From positions 2,914,001-2,978,000 of the forward strand of contig OZ193910.1 in assembly GCA_964276515.1 (NCBI GenBank): a stretch of DNA of 64,000 nucleotides, written 5' to 3'. This DNA comes from Gordius albopunctatus (taxonomy: Eukaryota). The position numbers and the translations under genes are program-made. A model generated the notes under the pieces. The model was not told where the DNA came from. It was given only the letters and a program-made list of their open reading frames with translations, and ran no database searches. Each line of letters starts with the position of its first letter. The first letter of the stretch is position 1. Shown here one piece after another: positions 12,679 to 26,274 of the stretch.

Positions 12679-13637
12679 GATTAAACTTTATCAAAAATCA
12701 TTAATACGCTTGAATTATGGAACTTATCATTGTTAAATTAACGCGATTGTTGTTATTTATAGTAAGAGTCAATAATAAATCTAGAGTATTAAATCATCGA
12801 GAAAAAGTTTAATAATTTTTGTTAAACGGTAATAACATAAATAATTAAAAATCAAATAAATTAAGATTGTAAAATTTGATAAAAGGTCATTATAAAAATT
12901 GTTAAAGGCAATATAATTTCAAACCAATAATTTCGAGCAATGACAAATTACCCCTTAATTTTGCTATAACTTCAAGGATCATTTTTAATTAAAATCGAAA
13001 AAAATTAAAACAACGCATAAAAATAAAAAATTAAATATGGGAAAAAAAACTTTAAAAAAATAGTGAAATTTAAAAATGCTACTATAAAACAAGCAATCTT
13101 GAGGTATCTAAAAATAGAGAACAAATAAACAAATTTAAGCGTCTATATCACACAAATTTAGAAATAAAAAAAGAAACTATACTGGAAAATTGAATTATGA
13201 AAAATAACACAGCACCATTCTTGAATGAAAGGATCTATGATTTTAAGCAGGAAAACTGGATTATAATAAACAACCTACAAAAATGGAAAAAATATGCTAG
13301 ATTAGTTATCAGATATAATTAGGGTTATATATGTAGTCAACATGGTACCACCTCTTGTTTTATTCGTCAAGAAACTTAAGTTAAAAGGGTGAGACAATAT
13401 ATAAGAAAAATATTTTAAAGACTTGAAAACATGCTATATAAATAATAGTTTTAATCTCAATAAAATCACTACTCGTTCGAGAAATACCATTAATTTATTA
13501 CCATTTTCTTTATCACAATTTTAAATATCAATAAATAGTTGAAATACAAGGTATCGCGCATTCAAAACATTTTCGATTAATAATAGTAATTTAACAATGT
13601 ATAAATAATTCTTTGATTTTCCTTGTAGCAATTTGTT

Positions 13638-15730
13638 TCATAGAATTCGATCGTTTAATTTCTGGTCACTGAGTATGCGTTTCGAAGATACCACTTCGCA
13701 AGCATCTTTAAACAAACCTAAACTGCTACTTTTTTTGTGATGACCACCACCCTCATTTTTGTTCAAAGACCCCAACGCGCCGTCGTCAACTGCCTCCTGG
13801 TTAGGCATATATTGGGAATTGTAATAGCTTTCAAGCAATAAATTTGCGACCAAAACATTGGGAACAACCTGCCCAGCGTAGCATTTCGCACATTTTGGGC
13901 AAATTGAGGAATCTGAATCGATTGCTCTATCGGAGTTAGATGCGGGAGTTTGGGTTAAAAACAGGGCTCCCCCCGCGGTTGGTGGAAAAGTTGAGCCAGT
14001 GAAAAAGCTATGGCCCTGGGTGGGATGGGGTATTACCCGAGCGTTTTCGTCAGTCCAACCACGATTTTCTAGCCGTTTTTGATAGTCTTCAGGGAGCTAG
14101 ATTAAAACACTCGATGGATAAAAAAAGTTTTATCAGTTAATGTTTTAGGCGATTTCTCTTAGACCCCAAAATCAAAAACTCTTGATTTTTATAGCTATTT
14201 AAAAAAGTCAAGCAAATTTCAAAATTTTTCCATTTTTACGATAATTTTTATCGGGAATTATAAAACTTTTAACCCAGCAATCATTGTTATAACCAATGCA
14301 AATATTTAGCATCTTTGTAATTTAAATTTAATTTGTCTTGTCAAATTAAAGTTAAATTAATTAATCGAAAATGGGTTATTATATTAGATTAAAAAATGAA
14401 CATTACCTATCAAAATTTATGAATTTAATATAAAATTTATGCTCAAGTTCTCACCGAATTGAATCGTTGATCAACGTAACTATTAGGCTTACAACGTAGC
14501 AAATGCACCGCCAAACTGCAATCCCTCTTGTATCGCTCCTAAAATGAGAAAAAGTTTGTTTAGAATTTAAGTCACAAATTATTATAAATTTTAAGATCAG
14601 AGAGATTTAATTTATAATATAATAAAAGGATGTCGCACATAAACACGAAATTGACAAACCAAGCCTAGCTTAGTGCTGCCAAAAAATTATATGATTTGAT
14701 CCTAGCAAATATTAAAAAACGGTTGCTGTACATATGGTAAGAATAGGTGTGGCAAGGTATTTCTTATATTAAATAGCCAAAAGGAGATTTTTAAATTATT
14801 CTAACAAAGAAATATACTTTAAACTACTTTTATAAATTATTTTACAATGATTACTAAGTTTTAGGTATTGAAAAGATTTTTATTAAAATAAGTTTCTATA
14901 AATAAATCTTGCCTATCATTTATCAGGTCCTCTTAAACAAATATAACCCTTTGATCATACCACATTTTTCAACATGTGGGTAAAGTTATTTGACTTAAAT
15001 TTACAAATATATCAATTTTTATTGTTTGTTAGGATTGGATCAAAGGGGGGGGGGCGGTAGTAATAATGCATTAGGGAGGGGCAAAAAGATTATTTTTTAA
15101 AGGCCAAACCTTAATTAGATTTGACAAAGTTTTGGATTTAAAAGGGGGCAGCTGCCCATCCCTGCCACCCCTTGGCTACACCCATGTTTCCTTTTTCTAA
15201 CTTCAATCAAACAAATAGATGACAGGGAGATTCTACAATGGTATTTTGAAAAGTTATAGCTTATACATAATTAACAGCTATTCTAAATACATAACATTGT
15301 AATAATATATGTAGGTCCATAGGATATAGTTTAAACCTAATCAAAAAATATGTTAAAGATAAAAGTTGATTTTAATGAAGTCAGAAAACTTTAGAAATGA
15401 TAATAAGGCATTCTTGAATTATAAAAGGTTATGTTAGTAATATTAAATAAAATCATATGTGAATATTTATTACGTTTTCTTTTTCTATCTCTGATATTGC
15501 TGTTGAAAGGTTGTAGACTTGCCTCGATAATACTTGAATTCTCTCTAGATTTTCCTGCTTTTCTTTTTCATATCTTTCCACTAATGTTAAGATTTTTGAC
15601 TCTAAATCATTATTTATATCCTGTAAACATTGATGATTTTTTAAAAGCCTAAAATATATATAACAAATTTTAAATTTAATCACCTTTCATATTTATCTAG
15701 TAAAACCTCTTCCATATTATCAACTTTCAT
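13638..15730 (-). CDS. TJAP1/BEGAIN-family coiled-coil protein (~254 aa from the first visible ATG)
   Basis: Exons 15730-15684, 15648-15474, 14538-14455, 14096-13638. Translation ..DKYERLLKNHQCLQDINNDLESKILTLVERYEKEK..EKENERYKRDCSLAVHLLRCKPNSYVDQRFNSLPEDYQKRL..TFPPTA matches the BEGAIN/TJAP1 signature as I recall it (LQRINQELEDKL..YRKDCNLAAQLLQC..LPSDFQERV). An AG just upstream (15737-15736) means further 5' exons are possible. Confidence 0.85.
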
Positions 15731-16581
15731 ATTAACTAACGATCATATGATGCCACGAATAAGCAGTCTCCCAATTTGTAGCGAATGCAAAGACTATGAC
15801 CTTTACCCTATTAAGCGTAGCCATGAATTAATTTGACGGGGGGAGGGCGAATATTAATTTATGAAGATCAAATATATGGTTATAATTAAATTTATTGTAG
15901 AACCCACATACAGCCTAAACCAATTGGTGGTGTAGGCGAGGGAAGGGAATTCGGGTTTTAACCCACTCCTTTCTATTGAAACAAATTTTTCCCAATTACA
16001 CAGAAAAATAATATTTAATGTTGGTGTTGCTCTGTTATAATTAATTAACTTATTAATTTGAAATTTGAATTCTAATACAAAAGTTACTAAATATAAGACT
16101 AAGTAAAAAATTGTCCAATCTTAATGCATGTTTAAAATGAAAATGGATTCTGATCTTAATTATTTTCTTAAAAATCTATATCAAATTTTAAAGTGGAGGA
16201 TTCATATACTAATACCAGTCTAACTATTAGTAATCAAGTTTAATATCTTGAAGTGTTTTTATAATTATTCAAATTTTAGAAAACCATTTTGTAAGATTTT
16301 AATATTGGAGGTTATTATTGGAGGTTATTACGTTTATTTAAAAGGGATTTTATATCAATCAGGTTACTGACTGTACGAGGATCACAAAATTTATTAATAC
16401 CCATCAATCAAATTAATCGTAGCAAAAACATATGTATAAATCACCAAATGTGACGTTATAATACCTGTATAATTATATTTGGTGTAACTCGTAATAAGAA
16501 TAAAATTTTATAATATATATTGCTAGTGCATGTCTTCACACTTTGCTGGCTGGTTACGGATCACCATGGATATTGAGAGTA

Positions 16582-16795
16582 CAGTCGAAATTGTATAAGT
16601 GAGAATCGGATAAATGAAATATATTTATAAATAATAAATAACCGCGATTTTTTGAACACATTCCCTAAAATTTACGCTAAATCTATTTATAAGTGAGAAT
16701 TGTTAAATGCTTAAAATCGGATAAGTGGTAAGATTATAAAAAAATTTTAATTTACTTTTTCCATTAAATTTAGGTGTTTAAATGAGAAAAGAATA
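16582..16795 (+). mobile_element. pogo/Tigger-like terminal fragment
   Basis: TA|CAGTCGAAATTGTATAAGTGAGAATCGGATAAATG..; homologous to the reverse complement of 37535-37725, which lies next to a pogo transposase remnant. Confidence 0.7.
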
Positions 16796-17201
16796 CAGTT
16801 CAAAATAACGACAACTAACTTTAATACTTGTCCCTACCAATACTCCACAAATACTGGATGTTGCTAATTAAATGTACACAAAACAAAATATTCTAAATTT
16901 TCAATTAGTCAACTTGTAAACACGATTACAAGCACTAGAATGAGATCTATTCCTTCATTAATGTTAATCCTTATATAATAATTTAATTCATTAGATCAAA
17001 CTCTATAAATATATTAATTTATTTTAAATATTCAATTTAACAACTTTTAAAAATGAATCTAGAGGTATAGGAGGATTATATCTATTTATTTGTTAATGTT
17101 AAGCTTTATATCATAATTTAATTCATTATATGTTCACCTGCTTAGAAAATACTTTCTATCTACATTAATTTATTCTAAATATTAAATTTGACAATTTTTA
17201 A

Positions 17202-18560
17202 CACTACTTTGGCTAGGTGGGGTCAATAAGGACCCCAAGCGGTTTCAAAATGTTGCAAAAATTAAGTTAGTGATTGTTATAATTTCATTTTTCCAGTAGC
17301 TTAATAAAATTTACTCTAGAATATCTCTACAAAATTTGGCTTGTTTTTATCTAATAGTTTTTAAGGTAGAGAGTGTTTTAGATACGTTCCACAATATAAA
17401 AAAATATTTTGCGAATTTTTTTTGAATTTATTATCAAAACCATTATTCTTAACCTATTTGTAATTAAATTTTTTATAAACATTTCCTTTTGTTTGAGATA
17501 TTTATATTTTAAACTTAGATTTTAAGATGTTTATTTTTCTTCGTGGTATTCTAAAGTGCTTATTTGCGTAAATTTTCCTGTGCACTTTGATATTTCAACA
17601 TGTCTAACATTAAAAGTGCTATATATATATGATATTTTTTGTCTGAAAATTGTATATAAATATAAAAATATAACATTTTATCAAGTGGTCATAAATAAAT
17701 AAACATCAAATTGAGGAGGTTATACTTTATAGTTAATATTATTGTAGCTCTGGATTTAATAGACTAAAAAATCAGATTAATAAACTTATATATTAATAAA
17801 ACGGAATTAATAATTTCTTGTTAGTTTAAAAAAATCAAATTTGATATTAAATATTTGTAGGAAGAGGAAGTGTCCTTTTTATGCAAAATTGATTGTTTTT
17901 ACAGCCCTGTATAATGTCTGTTTTAGGATATTACATGAAGATCATGGGTGTACCCGGGGGGGGGGGCGACAAAAAATTTGTTTTTCAATGCAAAAACCCT
18001 TTAAAAATTTTAGGTTTTGCCCCCCCCCTTAATCCAAAACCTGGCTACGCCCGTGATGAAGATTAATTTCATATTCTCAAATCTAATCTTCTAAGATTTC
18101 TTCCTATTGTAAAAATACAAAAATAAGTTGAAAAATTATAAAAAATGGATCATTAACAATAGAAAATTTTCTGTATCAAAAAATAAAGGGTCAAAATTTG
18201 GTTTAGTTTAGACAGCTCTATTTTTTTTATTTTGAGGGTTTTTTATGCCAAATTTAAAAAATCATGATCTTACCAATGTCTATTTATAAACTGACCATTT
18301 TAAACTTTACCTTTCAATCTAAAAAAATTTAATTTTTAACAAACACGAAGGAAATGTCATTTTTTAATAACCACTTGTTCAAATGCCCAAAGTAAAGTAA
18401 TATATCAATTTACAGATAAGAGTTTAAGTATTATGTTTTTAAAATTTGAAAAGTTTATATTACAATACAACAAAGTTATAGCTATTTAAAGTTTGGGGTC
18501 ATCATGAGTCATGACCCTCTTTACCATCCTTTTTAGGATTTTGAACTGACCAACGGAGGG
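17202..18560. mobile_element. Non-autonomous piggyBac-like element
   Basis: TTAA at both ends (17198-17201, 18561-18564); ends CACTACTTTGG / CCAACGGAGGG; subterminal GGGGTCA..GACCC motifs at both ends; no intact transposase. Confidence 0.7.
17943..18055. mobile_element. MITE family C-related copy nested in the piggyBac-like element
   Basis: CATGGGTGTACC..GGCTACGCCCGTG with perfect 8-bp TSD ATGAAGAT. Confidence 0.88.
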
Positions 18561-18722
18561 TTAAGCACGAATTACAGGTATAAGTATAAGATGGCACTAG
18601 TATTATATATAGTCATTTGTTAATGTGAAGTTTTATATAATTATTTAATTCATTATATGTTCACCTGCTTAGATAATACTCCCTAATTATATTAATTTAT
18701 TCTAAATATTCAATGTAACAAC

Positions 18723-19268
18723 TTATTAATATGGTCCGCAAATCCTTTTATTTCCAAATAGATATAATATGTACACTTGTCGTGGTAAATAAATAAATAT
18801 AATATATCGATCGGATAAGATAAATGTTGAACGATGGCCGGAGAGATTAATCTGTACACACAGTAGGCTGGAATGAGTAACGTATACGGGCAAAAGGAAG
18901 GTATCGGATTAAGGAACGTCTCGCTCTTGTTATATAATTGCCACTGGACCGTGTGTCTAAAATGAGAAATAAACATATCCCCTCCCGCAGGACTACCGTT
19001 CAGATTAGAAAACTAAATATCTCCTCCCGCAGGACTAAAATAAAAATAACTGATGATATCATGGTCAAATTCTCGCTATTTAAACCCTCTCGATGCACTT
19101 CTCACTCAGTATGAGGGATGCCGACAGTTCGATGTACTACACATCTCCACTAATATGAGGCATGCTTTTTACATATTCGTCTGCTTCTAATTAGTGCCTT
19201 AAACAAACCAATAATTAGGAATCTCTGCAGACGATCCCTTTTCTCACGCTTAATTAGATTGGCCAACT
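18723..19268 (-). mobile_element. Solo-LTR-like insertion (~550 bp)
   Basis: GC-richer block bounded by a 5-bp direct repeat ACAAC; removing it restores the satellite unit. On the minus strand there is a TATA-like TTTAAATAG, a duplicated TAGTCCTGCGGGAGG and an AATAAA near the end. Canonical TG..CA termini are ambiguous. Confidence 0.5.
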
Positions 19269-20224
19269 ACAACACTTATGATCACGAATTTTGAGGTATA
19301 AGAGTGCCCATCTATACATTTGTTATTTAAAACCATTTTACTGGCTTAGATAATAATCTCTAACTGTAAAAATTAACGTTTTAAATATTCAATAAACAAC
19401 ACTTGTAAACACGAATTGATAGATATAAGAGTCAATTTAATATATATATGAATTTTTTAATATAAATTTCAAAGATTATGTATCTTGTTTGTGTTTTATT
19501 TTATTTTCCCCGCTTGGGATTTTCGGCAGTTGGTCTGGATTCAAAAATTTAATGAAATCTATTTGTTAATTAATATTGGCTTTATATATTACTTATATAT
19601 TATTTATTTATAAACTACTATATACCAACCTAACATCTATTTCATTAATTTATATTAGTGTTTAATATATTATATTAATACCAGAAGAACCCCTTTCAGG
19701 GGATCATGGTAGAGGCAACACAATCTTCACAAAAAGCAGCACAAAATCCGGTTCGTATTTTATCGATTACTTGTTTTTCCTATCGTTTAATCTTGTTTTA
19801 ACAAAGGCTGTGCATATTTTTTAGAATTTACGAAGTCAGCAAGAAATGTAAAAGTGTAATGCAAATTTTTCAATAACTCATAAAGTAACTTATATTTATT
19901 AATACCCATAAATTGTAAATTCAGGTATTATTATCTAAGTTATATATGATCTTATTAGGAAAGGTAAAATTGAAAAATACCTGTCATCTTTTAGAGGAAA
20001 TTCATTTAAAAAAAGCATTATTTCAGAAGAAACTTTCAAAGGTATTTTAGTTAGTGCAGCTTAATTTTAAATTTATATTAACTCTTGCCATTTATATTAT
20101 AATCTTGTAGACTTGGAGACCTAAAACCCTAACCTAAAACCACGACCTAAAATACTAACCCTAACCCTCCTGACCAATTTTGATAAAATATAGAGAAAGA
20201 GATGCAATGTTAAATATCACATGA

Positions 20225-20572
20225 TTATTTATATGTTATAATTTAATAAATATTAATAAAAAAATTAAATGAGTAGAGTGTAAAGGCAAAACATTTTAAA
20301 TTTAATATCAAATGATCAGGCCAAAGCTCAAATTTATTTCCAAAATTGTAAATATAATATCATATCCATGGAAGTATTCGTATTCAACATCAATCTAGTC
20401 ACATCTGTAGAGTATTTATCTTAATAAATTCATTAATATAATATAAATTATGAATAAAAGTGAAGTACATAAAAAATTAAATGAGTAGAGTGTAAAGGTG
20501 AAACATTTTAATAAATTTAATATATCAAATGATCAGGCCAAAGCTCAAATTTATTCCCAAAATTGTAAATAT
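20225..20572. repeat. Local tandem duplication (~100-130 bp, period ~210 bp)
   Basis: AAAAAATTAAATGAGTAGAGTGTAAAGG..AAATGATCAGGCCAAAGCTCAAATTTATT..AAAATTGTAAATAT at ~20260 and ~20471. Confidence 0.85.
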
Positions 20573-20940
20573 CATAAATTATTAAATAATTACCTACATA
20601 TAGCTAGTATCTAAGATATATGATTTCAGCATATCCATTTTCATATGGTTTTCGTGACGAGAGTAACGAAATGTGATGATCGTGACGAGTTTTAGCTCCT
20701 ATTTCTGTGCTGCCTGAACCAAGTCCCCTTTCAGGAGTGCCGCAATTAAATTAAAAGATTTCTCTAATTAGCGCCATCTATAGGCAATTTTAAATTATAA
20801 TCAATATGTGCAAATCGCGTGCATATAATTCTATATATTTTATTATATACATATATTTGTTTAAACATATGTTCATATATTTTTTGTTAATTTTGATTTT
20901 ATTTTAAAATTAAAATTTTTAATGTATGCAAGCAATGGAT

Positions 20941-22443
20941 TAGTGATGGTGAAACGCTTAGCACTAGCACTCCTAGCGCCTCCCCACAACATAACATAGT
21001 CGCTTGGATGCGCTATAAGCTATAGCGCTTGTCACATATGGAGCTAAAGCTATAGCACATAGTCACATAAAGCGCTAGAGCTATAGGACATAGTCACTTG
21101 AAAGCGCTAGTGCTATAGCGTGGAACTAACATTGTTATAAAATTATATAGGTTAAATTACATTATTGTGCGCAAATGTGGTTTGAACTAAGTATCCAGGT
21201 TATTTAATTAATAAGCTCAGGGCTATAAATAAGTTAAATATTTTAAAATTTTAATTTTGCACCTCCTTATAACACTGCAACTCACTTTTTAAATAATTTA
21301 TTTTAACTTTGATTTTCCATTCCCTTAAACTTAATCGATAAATTCAGTCCTAATCATAATTTTTATTCACGCATCCCCCTCCAATTCCTCTGCAAAATTG
21401 CACCTAAGATAAAGAAATTATAAAAATTAAAACTTGATTTATAAGGTATTAATTTTAACTCTCCAGCACGCTTGATTTATCTTAAAGGGTTGATGGTTGT
21501 TTCCGGTGCCGTGTTTGTGCACTTCGTTATTGATATCGTCTCATATTTACTAAATGCTCACTAAATTTTTTTAAAGGTAGAATTTTAAATAAATTAAATA
21601 ATATTGTGCAATTAATAAAGTCGTTACTAACTCCATCTGCATGACGAGCCACTCCATTTTTCACATACAAACTTATACATAATGGGGCGAGGGTTATCAC
21701 ATAAACAAAATTATCATAAGGGCTAATTGCATGTCTCACTTGACAAATTGCAATATGTTAGGTAAGGGTTTGTAGGTGTTTCCGGTGCCGTGTGTATGCA
21801 ATTTGTTAAGGATATCGTCATCATATTAATAACATAACAAACTAAGGTAATATTTTGAAAAACCTCAAAGGGCCATATTTGCCACTGTTTTTTGCCCCCA
21901 AAGCCATAAAAGTATAAACTTTAACCACGAGAAAAACAAAAAATCCATCGATGGTAAAATAATTAAAACGCCTAAAATATAAAAATTAAAATTATTTAAT
22001 GAGAAATAATAGATTTAAATTGTAATTAAAGATTTTTTGAATATATATATATATATGTATGTATCGTCAGACTAATTCGATTTATTTATATGCCTGCGTC
22101 TGTCATACTTAATTTAGGTCACTTATTTATAGCCCTGAGCTTATTAATTAAATAATATGGATACTTAGTTCAAACCACATGTGCGCATTATAATGCCATT
22201 TAACCTATGAATAACCATACGTTCGCATAATAATGCAAGTTAACCTGTAAATTTTATAACAATGTTAGCGCCACGCTATAGCTCTAGCGCCTTATGTGAC
22301 TATGTGCTATAGCTTTAGCGCCTCCAAGTGACTATGCCCTATAGCTTTAGCGCCTCCAAGTGACTATGTGCTATAACTTTACCGCCTCCAAGTGACTATG
22401 TGCTATAGCTTTAGCGCTCTTAAACGCTATTTCACCATCACTA
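20941..22443. mobile_element. Non-autonomous hAT element (family D) with ~31-bp subterminal minisatellite and long internal inverted repeats
   Basis: TIRs TAGTGATGGTGAAA / TTTCACCATCACTA; perfect 8-bp TSD CAATGGAT; (GCTATAGCACATAGTCAC..GCGCTA)n arrays in inverted orientation at both ends; relative at 56219-56664. Confidence 0.92.
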
Positions 22444-22551
22444 CAATGGATAAAAGTGTCAGTTAATTCTGTTTAACACCATAAAGCGCATCAAATTAAG
22501 TTGGCTCAAAATTTTAAATTTTTTCTAATAACTTATATATATGAATATATG

Positions 22552-22724
22552 GGTGGCCCGTCAACTTGCCGAAAACCATCTCGCCGAATATAATATCCTC
22601 CGGTTAAAAAAATTTCCCCATTTTGTGATTGGTTGAATGGGGTACGATTATAAATTAGGGGACCTTTTTTAACCGGGGGATATTAAATTCGGCGAGATGG
22701 TTTTTGGCGAGTTGATAGGGCACC
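22552..22724. mobile_element. Mutator-like MITE
   Basis: ~60-bp TIRs (GGTGGCCCGTCAACTTGCCGAAAACCATCTCGCCGAA..) and perfect 9-bp TSD GAATATATG. Confidence 0.88.
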
Positions 22725-22742
22725 GAATATATGTATTATATA

Positions 22743-23766
22743 TAGTGTTGCGATCTCGTCTCGGTCTCGAAAGCAAAATCTCGTCTCGGCCTAGAAAAAT
22801 CTCGGTCTCGACGAGAATTCTCCTCTCGTCTCGACTTTTAAAAATAATTATACCATATATTTTTTCCCTGACTCTTATAAATTATTATATAAGATATAAA
22901 TTGGTCATAATGGAACCAATTTTCTATCTCAAACCCCAAAACACAAGCTAGATAGGTATATTAAGGCAGTAAGCATTATTGGAGGTGTTATATATACTAC
23001 TTGCTTCGAAGGTATAAAGTTGCTAAACAATAACTTTCATTTCCTGGCTAAGGCTCAATAAAAGGATAAAGTTTAATAATATCATCATATTTTAACATAA
23101 TGAATTTATTGAGATCTTATATAATAACGCTAAAATAATGACAAAAATGCGAGAGTAAACTTTTGAAGATATCATTATTAATAACAAGTAATTATCTCAA
23201 CATTGTAAATACAATAAAATAGGCATTTTTGTTGGAAGAACATAACAGTTTTGAGATCTTACGTTAATTGCACATATATAACTTAAAATATAAAATTTTC
23301 TTTAAAGCACAATATACACTTCTCCATTTTATTTGATTCATCCTTGGATACTGTGAAATGTTTGAGCAGCTTGCTCTTTTTTGTGTTGGATGATGAATTA
23401 GTTGTGCATAAACTCATTATAGGTCTAAATAACTTTAGATTATATAAGCTATACAAATAAGTAACAAATACCCTAAGGGCTACTAACACTATGTCTATTA
23501 AGATTATATTACAAATTTGAAATTTGCGCGAAGCGGATAATTAGGTGTGCGTAAGTAAGTAATTACTATCAAAAGTTTCAAAACCATATTAATTTGCATT
23601 AAATACCCTAAATTTAAATCTCATAAAATAAAAATTCTTAATTAGCTAAATGAAGACTTAATAGATAAAAATTAAAGTCGAGATCTCGCCGATAAAATCT
23701 CGTCTCGATCTCGACTCAATTTTTCAAAATCTCGCCGAGATTTTTCTCGGTTCTCCCGCATCACTA
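22743..23766 (-). mobile_element. Deleted hAT transposon with BED zinc-finger remnant
   Basis: TIRs TAGTGTTGCG / CGCATCACTA, many TCTCG subterminal repeats, partial TSD (ATTATATA/ATTATCTT). Minus-strand remnant KKSKLLKHFTVSKDESNKMEKCILCFKE is BED-like. Confidence 0.8.
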
Positions 23767-26274
23767 ATTATCTTCTTCTTCTTCTTTATCAGTTATTTGG
23801 TCCCACATTGGTGGGGTTTGTTTTGATGAGTCTCTTCCATCTTGACCTGGTTAGAGAATTATATAATAAAAAAAGTAATTATTGGAACCTCTATCTTGAT
23901 AAAAATAGCATGAGTTAAAAAGATTTCATAAATCAAATAAATAATTAAATTAATGTATGGAATTGTGAATGTCATAACATAGCCAACTTTATTGAGCCAC
24001 GTATAGTTAGCATGAACTATGTTTAAATTTCAAAATTAAGTTGTAAAGCTAATCAAAATTTTGATTTTTATAATGTGGAACTCGTAGTCTTCGATTTCAA
24101 TATCAATAATTTAAATTACTGACCAGCCCGGCCGAACCCGCGAATCAAGCATATCGGGCTTTTTATTTAAAACAGGCTTGATTATAAGTAAGACCTAGTC
24201 TCTGTCAGCAAAATTATTTAGTTGCTTTTATTTTTGTATTTTAATGCATCATAAATGATTATTTTTAAATTATAACATAATAGTTTAATTAATATTAATT
24301 TTTCCTCATCATTTATTCATAAAGGCGACTTTTTAGTCAGTGGATCTATAAAATGCTGATATTTTAGTATGGTTGAACATTAATAAAGCAATGTAAATTT
24401 TTTTAAAGAAATTAACTACGTATAAAGTGTTGATAATTTATATTTACCATAAATGGTTTCGTGTCGGGCCGTAAGTGCTACTAGCATAAAATGAGAACGG
24501 CGGATCACTTGTTGATAGTTATAAGAACCCGTTTGAGACTGAAAGGTCAGTTTCAAGTACCTAGTTTAAGTAATGGTCTCATTGGTATATCCAACAAAAT
24601 TAAAAGGAGTAAAAAATATAGCCTGCTTGCATGAGAGAGACAACAAGCGGAATTGGGCAACACATTCAAATAATTTAATTGGTAAAGCTTTTTTTAAGTA
24701 CAAGCATGAGATTCATCATTGATGGATTTTAATCTAAATACCCGTCGTATTATTAAATGTGTATAAATTTCCACAAATTTGTTTAAAAGTATCATTTAAA
24801 TTTGAAGCACTCCCTACTTTAGGCATTGCTTCCTATGCTACTAAAAACCCATCTTCTAACATCAATTTAGCTTAGGTATTTTGCACAAGTTTTTAAGGTC
24901 GCATAAATCGTGACTATAACACTAATTATTTTGTTAAAGATTATCAGGCAAAAATATTAAAAACAGTTCACGTTACCCTATTAAGATTGTGAATACAAAT
25001 CCAAACTGACAAAATATGTAGGGAACTAACTACATCTCAGAGCTAAGGCATTTTAGCAAAAAAGGCTTTAGGGACACTTAGAATAATTGTCAACTTACAT
25101 TAATGCCATGCATCAAGCTTACACTTTTACCCCCCCCCCTTCCCTGTAATTAAATTCTCTCACTAAATGCTAATGTTGCAGTCTTCCCTCACTGAAAGCT
25201 ACAAGTCTTACTGTGCGTTGACCACAAAGAAAGCAGATGGAGAGAAACGCCGTTTAATCAACCAATCAAACGTTGATATATGTTTTTCTCCTTAATTTCA
25301 TAAAGTTGTAATTTGCTGCGCGCGATTTTTGGGATTTGTTATAATAATAATTTTAAAAGCGCCTTTTTAATTGGAATTATTGTAAGTAAATAGATTAATG
25401 GAATAAATAATAGGCTAAAAACTTTTGTTGATAAAAAAAATTTTTCGTGTCACTTGTTTTGTTTTCAGTTTCCTTAATGGATTGGTTCATGTAGCCAGGT
25501 TTTGGATTTCGGGGGGGGGGGTGGGCAAAACATAAATTTTTTAATTTTTATGGGTTTTGCATTGAAAAAACATTTTTTCGTCATTTAGGGGGGAGGGTGT
25601 ATTGCCCGGGGCAAGGGGGCAATTTGCCCCCTCCAAATCCAATCTTGGCTGCACTCATGCATTTGACTACTACCTACCATTTTTGAAAAGTGTTCCTAAT
25701 TTTGACATACATCTTGATAATATTTTTTTGATGGTAGGTTATAAAGGTAGTAGGTGTTCCCTACATAATTATATTAAAAAAAAATACAAACCATTTAGGA
25801 TATTATTAATTTGAGCCTTTGAATCTTAAAATAAAGATATAAATAAAAATAGGAGGCTTAATTAAAATTATATAGCGCCATAATTTGTATAATATATTAA
25901 AGTATTAGATGTTTAAATCCTAAAATTATTTAAAATTAGAATTTTAAAAAATTATCATTTTTCGCCCCCCCCCCTAAACCAATTCTGGGTACGCCCATGC
26001 CACGACAGGTACAAGTGTAACCTGTAGGTGACACAACTATAAAAGTTTTTCCAAAAACTACTGAAGGTTACATTAAATTCGAAAGAACGAATTGGATAAA
26101 TGGGCTGATATAATTTCATTAATTCCTCTTTCTTCGTTAGTAAACTACTTTTGTTCTAAAATTTTAAAAATTGCGATTCCGAGCTGCCCCTGTTTATTCA
26201 ATATTTATGTATACTCCACCACGATTTTTTAGCAATTAAATTTATACATTTATAATCTATATAATCCAACCTTA

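Larger units (their letters stand above)
16890..19430. repeat. Degenerate ~150-bp tandem repeat interrupted by two insertions
   Basis: Recurrent unit (CACGA(A)TTAC..TGTTAATGT..TTTAATTCATTATATGTTCACCTGCTTAGA..ATTAATTTATTCTAAATATTCAAT..ACAAC) at ~16900-17200, 18565-18722 and 19269-19430. Confidence 0.65.

Noticed and set aside
20119..20168. CCCTAA/CCTAA telomere-like motifs
   Set aside because: Only a few degenerate units; too short to call an interstitial telomere.
20990..22425. Regularly spaced ~31-bp repeats resembling a CRISPR array
   Set aside because: No unique spacers, no cas genes, eukaryotic context; these are subterminal repeats of a TSD-flanked hAT element.
24400..25330. GC-richer patches as exons of a further gene
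   Set aside because: No sustained open frame with consistent splice sites or recognisable motifs; may be regulatory sequence or decayed repeats.
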